Of a DNA stretch of 64,000 bases, positions 53,156-64,000 are shown piece by piece. This stretch comes from Rhina ancylostomus (taxonomy: Eukaryota), in assembly GCA_030265395.1 (NCBI GenBank), contig JARFYF010000036.1, forward strand, positions 13,965,928-14,029,927, written 5' to 3'. The notes beneath the pieces were generated by a model. The model saw only the letters and a program-made list of their open reading frames with translations. It made no database searches and was not told the origin of the DNA. The position numbers were made by a program, and so were the translations under genes. The number at the start of each line of letters is the position of its first letter. Within the stretch, counting starts at the first letter, position 1.

Positions 53156-54905
53156 CTGAAGCAGAAGTAGGAAAATTGGAAGAGGAAGAAAACTGTATAT
53201 TGTATGTATATATGAGAAAATATAACATCAAAACAGACCAAGTCTATATGTGTCAAATGTGAGAGGCAGGGAATGAGTAGTACAATCTATTTGTATTTAT
53301 ATTGCAATTATGCTGGGTAGGGTGTAGTTTATTGCAAATATATTTTGTGAATAGTGAATTACTATTCTTGCAGAGCTTTCCAACTAGCATATACTTATTG
53401 TCCTAATTATAACTGTGGGTTACTGAAAAGGTCACCTGCACTCATGGTCAATTTTCACTTCCAACTGAGTAATGCATCTGGCATTATAAAGTGTAAGGAT
53501 TTGCCAGAGCTGCTGGAAAAACTTCTTCCTGGAATCCAGTCATGTAACCATAGGCAGAAATTTCTAGGTGTATGCAATTCCTGTGTGCAATAGAATGGCC
53601 ATTTATCATATCTGTTAGAAACTAAGTCACCCTGTACATCAGACTAGCTCCATTAAGACAGGTCCATTGGGACTTGATTTAAATACCTTGGAGATCATTG
53701 AAACGGAGAACTCTTCCTTGAAAAACACATCCCTCATAAACAAGTCCATATTAAAAGGAATCAACTTTCTCTAAATAAGAGCGTAAGGCAGTTACTGATG
53801 CTTTAATCAGTTCCTAAAGTTTTCAAAATCTAAATTCAACAACAGAGCTGAGGATTTGTATTTAATCTGAATTTATGGTTCTTTTTTTTATTTGAAGCCT
53901 TGGAATGTACTCAGAACTTTTTAAGTGATTCGAGTACCAGTTTTGTTTTCTGAGGGTTTTTTGTGTTCTAATTAGCTGCTGCATGCAAATCTCATGCCTT
54001 AGGAACTCTGTGAGATATATTTCAGAATTTGGAAAGGAAACTAATATTGACAAGTAAATTCAGGACTGGCCTGGAAGCTGAGAGAACAAGAATGGAATTC
54101 TCAGATGCAGAATGATGCAGATTTAAGTCCAGGTTTCTACCATCACACTCATTATCATTACATATCCAGTTTGTGCTGGTCTAATAACATTTAAAGTTTG
54201 CATCCAACTCAAAGAATGAAGCCACAGAAGAACAAGAAATCCCTGGACTTTTGTGAATACTGGTATAAATTACAACTGCAGTGTGTAAAGCTGTTTCCTT
54301 TACAGCTCATGTACGATATCAGTTAAACCTCAAATCCTTATTATATCTCCTTGTGGCACACTGCTTTTTTTGCACTCCCTATGAGAAGGTTAAACAATTA
54401 CATGCTACTAATTGGTGTATGTCAAGACTGATGAGGAGGCAAATAAACAACGAACAAAAGACTGAAAGAAATGCTGGCTAATTAAATAAGTTTATGTTAA
54501 AAAAAATTAAGGAAATCTCAGAAAAGGACCAGCTATCTCTGATGGTTTCATGGCAATGAATTCCTCGTTATAGCACTTACTGTGACAGGGTGAACAACGT
54601 AAATTAGATACAACATATACATCCTTAATTTAATTCTTCATTCTAATAATTATTCAGCCAATGTTATGCAGCAATCCCAGCATGAAAAATAAAACTGGTG
54701 TATATATCACAATGTTTTCCAAATAAAAATGGAGAGTAAAGGTCTTCTTCTGAGTCAAATTTTGTCCCTTGGTATTTTACTGGGTAAAAATAATCCTTTC
54801 ATTCTGTCCAAGACGTATAGAAATGATGAATTCCTACACAGATGTGGGTGATAACTGTATTTCTTAACTGTCAGGTCTATGAAGGTTGTCCATGGGTTGT
54901 CTTAC

Positions 54906-54959
54906 CACTGTCGAAATATCCGACGTGACATTCCTCCACATCTTAGCCCCAAAAAGCCC
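54906..54959 (-). pseudogene. 54-nt exon: GFLGLRCGGMSRRIFRQ(W)
   Basis: attaag acceptor, GTG|gtaaga donor, open phase 2-2, retained CpGs in AT-rich surroundings. Confidence 0.55.
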
Positions 54960-56904
54960 CTTAATCACAAGGGAGATAGTTAGCTTTATGTAAGGATTAT
55001 TAAAATCAAAGAAAATTTATGGGTATCACTTTGTAATAATTAATCAGAAGCTGTTGATTAATAAAGTTCATTTTTTATTCTCGATGATTCAGTTATATAA
55101 GAAGGGTATTATCAAATGGATATTGTCCTTGTCATTTTGATTAACAAACCAGTTTTCATAACCAAAGAAAATATTTTCAGCAGCATCCTTTTCTGCCTTT
55201 AAAAAAATAAATATTGAATGAGAATATTAGGCAGTTAACCTTGACTACAATTTGTAATTTTCATGGGGGAAAACTTGCATATTCAGCAAATAAATTGCTG
55301 CGGGGATTTAAAAACAAATTGGAGCTGGTGAAGAATGCTACCGTATGAATCCTGTCATTTTTATGGGTTGAAATGATTAATTAGTTTGTTTAGCTCTTCA
55401 ATTAAGCCAAGGAAAACTGCAGAGGCTGGTGAACACAAATGTTAGAAACAGGCCTGGTACATGGGCTTTTTAAAGCAAGAAATATCTAAGGTCACCAGCT
55501 CCTTTTTGTCACCTTCTCCAATTTTCACCACCTCCATCTTTTCTTTGCCATTTAGTCTCACAAGCCATCAGGATAAGAGTGATGGGTTCCTGTCATAGTG
55601 GAACATCACAGGAACAAATCTGGTCAGCATTGGCATTGATATGTTAACTGGAACATGCAACATTGCCATGAGTCCACATAACCTTAACTCTTCTGGATAT
55701 ATTTTGAGTTGTAGGGTGAGACAAAGTCCAAAATGGCCAGAAGGACAATGGATTTTCAACAAATAACCTACCACAATCTGCATTTTTATCCTCAGTACCA
55801 GCAATGTCTGAAAATTCTGAAACCCTGATCTCATTGTTTAATCTCATCTGTTATTTAACAATGAAGCAAATTACTATTACTTTGCATTCAAAAACCTAAT
55901 CCACAGATTGCATACCTAGTTAGCACGACAATTGGCTTAATTGTGGGGTTGGATTTAATCATCAGTCTTCACAGGCATTTAAACCTGGTGGCAATTGTGT
56001 TTAATTTTATGATAAGGTCCCCCAAGAAGGATTTCTTTCAAAGGAAAAGAAAATTAAAATGATTTCTACCTAATGGGTAACTGCAGAGTGACATTGATAG
56101 TTTCCACAAAATCGAGTGTCAAATTCCACAAAATCTTCAAATCCTGAAATAAATGAAGAGGAAGATAATGAAAACAAAATTAAAATGGTGGGCAAGATAA
56201 CAATCAAACATCTAACCGAAGTTAGAGTACATCTAAGAATTAAAATTTAAAATTTATCTTAACTTTAAGGCAGGACAATTTAACTATTAATTACAATGTT
56301 AACCTCCTTTGACATTTTGACTACTTATCATTCCGTTCCTATTTTAATTCCCCCATGTGATGCACCATACCACCAACAGACAGGTGAGCAGGTAATCAAG
56401 CTTCTATAGATGTCATTCTCTAAACAACCTCTGAGGGATTTCATCAGCTTCCATTTTTTGTTCCATTAACTCTTTTCATTGCCTTGCTCACGCAGAGATT
56501 GTAATCGAGAACTCAATGTCTGAAGACACTGTTTTGCCACCCTATAGAGAGGCAAGTAAAAATGCAATGCATTCCCGAATTAGCTACATCATTCTAAATT
56601 TAACATTTTTTAATCTATCAGATATTTGACAAGTGAGGAAACTGAGTAGTGCATTTGATAAGAACATGTTCACAAATTCAAGTTGCTGCTTGAAGACTGG
56701 TTTGACAACTGTAGTATAAAAAAGATTCTCACAAAGGACCCAGATGTAGTATCTCCCAATAGCATAGCTGAAGTAATTGAGGTCTGATTCATTAATGTCC
56801 TTCAGTAAATATATTTCATGTCAGCATGTTACAGAGACACCAAAGCAGGTCCTGGCTTTTACCAGAGCCCCATGTCTCTGTGGCAGGAAGGTGATTACTC
56901 TTAC

Positions 56905-56993
56905 GCATGGAAAAGGTGAGGTAATCCACTAAAAATTGAGTGAGAGGGACATAAACAATAGCAGCCAATGCAAAGAATGTCAGCATAGGCAAT
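56905..56993 (-). pseudogene. 89-nt exon: IAYADILCIGCYCLCPSHSIFSGLPHLFH(A)
   Basis: tttcattttgcag acceptor, TGC|gtaaga donor, open phase 0-2, compatible with 54959. Confidence 0.5.
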
Positions 56994-57079
56994 CTGCAAA
57001 ATGAAATAACAAACAATAGTTCCAGTGAATGAAGCAGATTAAATGCAAATTGATCACTGCATCCTAATTCATTTTTATT

Positions 57080-57270
57080 TGGCATGATCTGGGGCTTTCC
57101 AGCATCCCTGTTTGGCCAGCATAGTTCATTGAGCACCATACAATACTGCCTTTCACCCTGACCAGGTGTCCTTTCCATGTCCATAAAGACATGTGAGTTG
57201 GGATTGTTGCAGATAAGGACAAGGTGCTCTTTCATAATATCCTCCAGCAATATTTAACTCTCTGAGGTCC
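57080..57270 (-). pseudogene. Possible exon: LLEDIMKEHLVLICNNPNSHVFMDMERTPGQGERQYCMVLNELCWPNRDAGKPQ
   Basis: Protein-like 5' part of ORF 56816-57250; splice sites not clearly preserved. Confidence 0.35.
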
Positions 57271-57578
57271 TCGATAGGGAAATGATAGCAACCAACTTAA
57301 TTGATTGAAACGTGAGATATTTACTTTCCAACTCTGTACTTTTTAAATTATTTTACCAGCTGACTTTTGCCAAGGAAAGACATTTTTGTTTAAAAGGTAG
57401 TTAATCAAGCTTAAACTTGACAACCTGGAAATTCAATCATGCAGTTCATGATTTGTATGGGCAGTGCTAAAGGTCCCAAAACTGCAGTGTACATGTGTGT
57501 GAAGCCCTGCAATACATTTCTGCAGGAGTAGAAAACAATGTTCAATGACTGACTTATTAGGTATGCATAATAACTCTA

Positions 57579-57618
57579 TGGGCTGGGCTGGGCTGGGGTG
57601 GGATGGGGTGCGATGGGG
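57579..57618 (+). repeat. (GGGCT/GGGAT/GGGGT)n pentamer repeat running into a long N gap
   Basis: Seen directly in the sequence. Confidence 0.9.
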
Positions 57619-60600
57619 NNNNNNNNNNNNNNNNNNNNNNNNNNNNNNNNNNNNNNNNNNNNNNNNNNNNNNNNNNNNNNNNNNNNNNNNNNNNNNNNNN
57701 NNNNNNNNNNNNNNNNNNNNNNNNNNNNNNNNNNNNNNNNNNNNNNNNNNNNNNNNNNNNNNNNNNNNNNNNNNNNNNNNNNNNNNNNNNNNNNNNNNNN
57801 NNNNNNNNNNNNNNNNNNNNNNNNNNNNNNNNNNNNNNNNNNNNNNNNNNNNNNNNNNNNNNNNNNNNNNNNNNNNNNNNNNNNNNNNNNNNNNNNNNNN
57901 NNNNNNNNNNNNNNNNNNNNNNNNNNNNNNNNNNNNNNNNNNNNNNNNNNNNNNNNNNNNNNNNNNNNNNNNNNNNNNNNNNNNNNNNNNNNNNNNNNNN
58001 NNNNNNNNNNNNNNNNNNNNNNNNNNNNNNNNNNNNNNNNNNNNNNNNNNNNNNNNNNNNNNNNNNNNNNNNNNNNNNNNNNNNNNNNNNNNNNNNNNNN
58101 NNNNNNNNNNNNNNNNNNNNNNNNNNNNNNNNNNNNNNNNNNNNNNNNNNNNNNNNNNNNNNNNNNNNNNNNNNNNNNNNNNNNNNNNNNNNNNNNNNNN
58201 NNNNNNNNNNNNNNNNNNNNNNNNNNNNNNNNNNNNNNNNNNNNNNNNNNNNNNNNNNNNNNNNNNNNNNNNNNNNNNNNNNNNNNNNNNNNNNNNNNNN
58301 NNNNNNNNNNNNNNNNNNNNNNNNNNNNNNNNNNNNNGTCAGACACAATGGCAAATAGGGATGAAGGACAAATGCTAACTTCTTGATAAATCCCAGGATC
58401 CATGAGTGAGAATAAATAAAGACAAATCCAGCTGCCAACATGACATTAAGGCACCATTCTGGTTAATGATCAACTCAATATTCCCTTCCACACAAATCAT
58501 GAAAGCAGAACCATGCAACTCAACTCTGAAGTTATTTATACATTCAGTTAAGAGAAGAACCAAACTATCATTGATTAATCACCGTTATACATCATGTGGT
58601 GTCAGCTGTCTGCATGCCTTTGCCTGCCTTGCTACTTCTACAAAGATCCTCATATGTTTACAGTCAAACCGGTGGACTGTCAAACCTGCTGACCTGGAGA
58701 AGGAGATGTTACTGACGTCATGAAGGGTAACTACAAGTAGGTCTTGGTCTGGATGTCCTGACTGCATCTCAGACTTTACCACCTCACTGTGATCAACAGT
58801 AAAGCCAGAGCAGCCTATTGCATGACCATGAGGGCACTTTTGAAGTTCCAGTGTGGCAGCATGAATGCTGTTACCCCAAGAAAAGGACAATGCATTCATA
58901 ATTGATGCATCTAGAGATAATCCCCCCGGGTGAGGCATTGGTTGGCCGAGCAACCAGTGACTGTCAGATGACAGCAACTTCATTCTAGCTTCAAGGCTCC
59001 TGCCAATGGTGGAACTCTGTGTTGGCTGAATTTGATGGAAGAAGTCAGAACTTCCAGTGCTGTGCTCCTACCTTGGGTGGTTGCTGCCTGGGCTGTATGG
59101 AGACTGTGACTGCTGCAATCAGATGCCATATGATGGCTCAGCTCACGTGTAGTGACATGGTATTAGTCAGCACTCCCATGCTGCAAATGATAGGCTCCAG
59201 TCTCTGAGCAAAACCACATGAAAGGTTGATGCCAGGCTCCTTCACACTTGAGAGATTTTCAGGTTGATATAACAATTCTACAAGTGTCTGCATTTGTAGG
59301 CTCACCAACTGTTGCCTAAAAGCTGCCCCTTGGTAGTCCTCATCTCAGTCCTCAACACCAGAGCTGCTGTGCAACCTTGCCCTCTGAGACATGAACTGCC
59401 CTTTCTCCTAAGTCTGGTGGCAGTCCACCTGTACCTGCTGATTCACCGCATCCCACCTCTGCACTACCTTCTATTGTTCCTGAAGTGCCGAGGTTTGAAG
59501 GATGTGAGTGTAAGCTGTAGATCTCCCCAAGCTTATTCTATGATCTACAGTTGGATGTTGTACTTCTCATTCCCTGAAGGAGGTGGAGGCAAGACATTAG
59601 TCAGCACTGGTCAGCTTGGGTAGGTTTATGGCACTCCTGAAATTACTTACATTCAGCAAGCTCGAATGGGAAAGATCATGATTGGCTACTGCAAAGTGCA
59701 CAACTGCATGTGAAGATGCACAGAAGAAAGTCATGCACTAATGGCTCTGGGAAAATTTGTACAGGTCATCACACAGTGCCATTTTGGCACATGCTTTAAT
59801 GGGCAGAAGTGTTTCTATTCCAATTGTATAAAGTACGTTTTTCTCCCTATATACAGAAACGTCAATTAACATCAAATTACTCACTATCAACAGGATAACT
59901 GGCAGCAAATCAACAGGATAACTTTTAGAGATGAGATAGAGCATGGAATGGATATCACAATAGTACAATGAGTCATTGTGGAACTCATCACTAAAGCAGC
60001 CAGGCATCAGATAGCTGCTACAATAACATACTTTACAATAATGTCAGCCTGTTTTTAACATAACCACGATTGATAGGCAAACATTATACAGCATGAGCCA
60101 AATAACCACCTACACTTTATTAATATTTCCAGAGTTTCCATTTTGCAGGTGTACTTGGCATCATATGTTGGTTTATATTAGTTATTTTGATAATCTATGA
60201 GAACTGCAACTTTAAATAAACAATGGTCATGAAGGAACATTATACATTAAAATATCAGATAATCTCTTTTTCTATTTTTTCAAATGAAAGTGACAGTAAA
60301 AAAGTGAACTGGCCTCTATAAGATTTAATGGACTGTAATATACAAGTTACTTAATTAACCAACGATCTGACAAACTCATTTACTATCAAAACCATAGCCC
60401 GTAACTGAGCTACAGTTAGAGATCACTCTGCCACATCATCAACAGTGCTACACACACCTGCACCACCCACAGTTCTCTCGGTCCATTACATTGGAGGTAG
60501 TTATAAGAAAGCTGTTTAAACATTGCCTCGAATCGCCAGTTATCTGCAATAAATTACTGCTCAGAACAATCTTTCTATTAGTTTGAATGGAATTTAGCCT

Positions 60601-61599
60601 TGCTAATGGAAGCTCTAGCTTAATGCTTTTGCAGTTGACATTTCTTAGCTGGTTACATTTTGGAAAGTGCCTGCACATCATTTCTCTCTTCAACTGGGTG
60701 TCTCATTCCGCTTCTGTTGATTGACAGGTTGCAGATCAATTGTGTTTTTGAGGAGATTATATTTGAAACCGATTTCAGATATACACTGTGTTGATTAGAT
60801 AACCCTTTTTTTTCTTTTCGGTGAAAGGAAAAGAATGCCAGGAATATGTGGTAGGTCACAATATCCAAAGAAAAAGATAGATTAATGTCTTGTGAAAGAG
60901 GTAAATTAAACAAAGAAGGTGTAACCCTTCAGTTGAGCCAATCAGTTTCATTTTAAANNNNNNNNNNNNNTTTTCCCTTTCAGTGAGCTCAAAGCCAAAG
61001 AGCTCTGTTGCTGAAAGTCTGACACTAAAACAGATCATTCAGCAGGTCAGGTAGGATCGGTGAAAATGACAAGTAATCTTACATTTCAGGTGGGGAACTT
61101 GTATAAGCTACAGCTGAAATGGTTGTTCAACCAGCATACTCCTGTTTGCAGTTATTAGGGGGAGCTAGAAGAAGCCAAATTAAGGCACTTCAGTATTTGC
61201 AAGATGTGCTGTGAGGGGTTTTGGGAATTGAACAAGAGAGGTCGCCAAAGGATCTGAGGTCAGCAATGATCTGAGAGGAGATGGAAGGGAAGGGATGCAG
61301 AGGAGGAAGAGTTTTCGGGGTTGGGTGTTCAGCCTTGATCTGGCAGGGATTCTTCTGCTAGAAAGTCCTTTTCTTCAATGAGTGTGTCTGAGTGATCCAG
61401 AGAAGGAAGAATCAGAGGTGGGCTATGTAAAAGTAAGAACAGGGGGTGAAAAGTAGCAGCAAAAATTTTCAAGTTCTGCCTGAGTTCAGGAAGCAGCACC
61501 ATGCAGTCATCAAAGTATCAGAAAAAGAGTAGGACTTCAAACAAAGATTGTTCCATGCAGTCCATAAAATGCAAGGCATTGTTTGAAACCATTCTTAGA

Positions 61600-62480
61600 T
61601 CTGGAGAAATTTTGGTTATACTTGCAACATCCACCATACGCTCACAGACTTCCACAGCTGCCTTGATTATACTTCTTCCCATCCTGCATCCTCTAAGTCC
61701 TCCACGCTGTTCTCTCAGTTCCTCCATCTCTGTAGCATTTGCTCCGATTATGAGACATTCCACAGAGTTGCCTAATCAATGTCTTCCTTCTTTCTTGACC
61801 ATGGTTTCCCCTTCAACACAATTTATAGACCCCTTGACGACATCTCACCTATTTCCCACACTGCTGTTCTCACCCTTGCACCTCCTAGACAGAGCAAGAA
61901 CAGAGCTCCCCTTGTCCTCCANNNNNCCTCCACCCCACCAGCCTCCACAGTCAATGAATTGTCCTATGTAACTTCCACTATCTCCAACAAGATTCCACTG
62001 CCGGGCACAGATTCCCCTCCCCTTCCAGCATTCCAAAGGGATTGTTCCCTTCACTGGTTCATCCATCGCTGCCTTCTACTCCCAATCACACAACTCTTTG
62101 CCTTGCAACTGCATGAGGTGCAACACCTGTCCTTTCAAGTCTTCTCTTCCCACCATCTAGGGACCCAAACAATCATTCCAGATGAAACAGCACTTCTACT
62201 AATCTAACGTACTGCATGGGATGTTCATAATATGGTCTCCCTACATTGGAGAAACCAAACATAGATTAGGTGATTGCCTTGCTGAGCACCTCCACTCAGT
62301 CCACAGGAGTGACCCTAAGCTTGTACTTGCCTGCCACTTTAATTCTGCATCCAATCTAATGCTTGTGGCTTCCTGCACTGTTAAAATGAGGCCAAACACA
62401 AACATTATCTTTTGTCTGGGCACATTGAAGATCGTAGGACTTAATATTGAATTCTCCATATTAAGATAATTCACTCCTTC
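61600..62480 (+). mobile_element. Penelope-like element, RT C-terminus and GIY-YIG endonuclease remnant
   Basis: MSSFFLDHGFPFNTIYRPLDDIS...RQSKNRAPLVL and SPYIGETKHRLGDCLAEHLHSVHRSDPKLVLACHFNS...IIFCLGTLKIVGLNIEF. Confidence 0.85.
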
Positions 62481-62740
62481 TTTCTGTTTGTATGAGAACT
62501 TAACATTTTTGCCTGCTGCCCTTTTTTCTTTATCTTTCCTTTGTATAATCTTGGCCTACTGGGCATGTCCCCACAGGCCAGACTATGCAACATTTACAAC
62601 CCATTGTAGAGACAGAGAAACTTAATCTGTTTTTAACTGTCCATTAATTACCATGTAAAATAATCTACTTTCCTTCTATCAGGTAAATTCCCTTTGTTCT
62701 ATCCATCACAATCCCCACATTCACTGCGACCGAGACTAAT

Positions 62741-62780
62741 CTTCTCTCTCTCTCCTCTCTCTTCCTCTCTCTCTCTCTTC
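62741..62780 (+). repeat. (CT)n imperfect microsatellite
   Basis: Seen directly in the sequence. Confidence 0.85.
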
Positions 62781-64000
62781 TGATTCATATATACAATTCA
62801 TTAATTTCATTGTCACTGTTATTGAACTTGCTTTTCATTCCAGTTCATTGAATTTAAATTCTTCACCTGCCATTGTGGCATTCAAAGTCATGGCTCTTGA
62901 TCAACAATGCAGGCCTTCAGGTGCTAATCCAGTGACATAACCTCTATGCCATTGCTCCAGAATAAAATGTACTTGCAAGAGCATTGAAAACCCATGGCCT
63001 AAAGTACAATGGTTGAATACAATGAAGATGGTGGGCCAATTGGCTTCCTTCTGTGCTGTAGGCTTCTAAGATTCTCCTAGGGTTGCAAGATGCATGTAGA
63101 ATTATGCTAGAAATTGAAGCTATATTTTTTTAAAGGAAAGAAGTTGTTATTTTCAAATCCATTATAATATAATATACTTATTTCAATGAATAACAATCCA
63201 CTTATATAGAATGAGTTTGTTAAGGCAAGAAAATTTTCCAAGCAGTAATTCAATGCATGACTGGAATCATGTCTGTAAAAAATCAATCAGCAGGGGAGGT
63301 TGGGAGTAGGAGGTAACATCTTCTAGAAAAGTAGAAGGCTTCACCTTCAAAATTCTAAGAAATCTGGGTCATTGCTCTTTCAGAGCAGAATCTATGACTG
63401 AAAATCAAAAATTGAAATCTGCCAACTAGAATCTATTATTGTCTTCCAAAGTGGACTACAAGAACTGTGCAGGTGGGGTCTGTTCCTTCAGTTTAGGCTG
63501 ATCTGCTTCCTTCTGTCAGGACCCGCTTTCCTGCTTGAGACACGGGCTATTTTCTGGTCATGTATCTACATTCAGATCTTGCAGTAATGACATCAAAAGT
63601 GGTACATGCTAATTGGTATCACTGGTTAGTGCCCAGCGTCATTTGTGCAGTGGTGTATCACAGGCATGTGGAAATATATGACTTAATGTCACAATATGTG
63701 CACCAGGAAGCCCTAACTGAACTATGCTATCAATTTCAGATCTCAATTCAATTACCTGGCTTGTGTATACCAGGTGATTAAACCTTTGAGTACTTAAAGT
63801 GCTTATCAATTTGATTGACTTTCTTTGATTCCAATTGAGTCTCTTTTCAAGGGCTATTGAAGATGAGCACTAAATCCTGGTCTTGCCAATGATGCCCTCG
63901 AAATACTGATGTGGGTGCTGAATTACTGGCAAGCAGGCTTGGGGAGACTGGCTGGTCTGGGGATCAGGCTTTCACATTAAGTTGGAAATTGCATTTACAA

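Larger units (their letters stand above)
7616..57270 (-). pseudogene. Multi-exon unitary pseudogene, tentatively GREB1-family-like
   Basis: At least 10 exon-like segments with AG/GT boundaries, 8 phase-compatible junctions and protein-like translations, carrying several stops and frameshifts. The family call rests on recalled motif resemblance, not a search. Confidence 0.6.

Noticed and set aside
7616-57270. Assigning the symbol GREB1 or GREB1L, or calling a functional CDS
   Set aside because: The peptides are far too divergent from those conserved genes, contain multiple lesions, and the resemblance has not been verified by a search.
57545-58441. Longest ORFs in the track (250-294 aa)
   Set aside because: They consist almost entirely of N bases.

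Overview
Eukaryotic, AT-rich vertebrate DNA from a gapped scaffold. The repeat content (CR1, RTE, Tx1, Rex1/Babar, Penelope-derived repeats, V-SINE/HE1-like and Deu-domain SINEs) points to a cartilaginous fish, probably a ray. I see no intact host gene, RNA gene or CRISPR array, and nearly all ORF-track entries are TE fragments or noise. The main non-repeat signal is a chain of minus-strand exon-like segments from about 57 kb down to 7.6 kb. They have mostly canonical splice sites and mostly phase-compatible junctions, but also in-frame stops, frameshifts and one dead acceptor, so they read as an intron-containing unitary pseudogene. Several peptides resemble, from memory only, GREB1/GREB1L-family proteins (circularly permuted SF2-helicase-like region upstream of the TAGT glycosyltransferase domain) and uncharacterised invertebrate relatives; this needs a search. 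Other items: a probable full-length CR1 with an esterase ORF1, nested Gypsy/Tx1 fossils with an inverted templated insertion, a CpG-rich solo LTR next to a ~31-bp degenerate tandem array, hammerhead-like cores in Penelope repeats, and several hairpins. Repeat boundaries are approximate.
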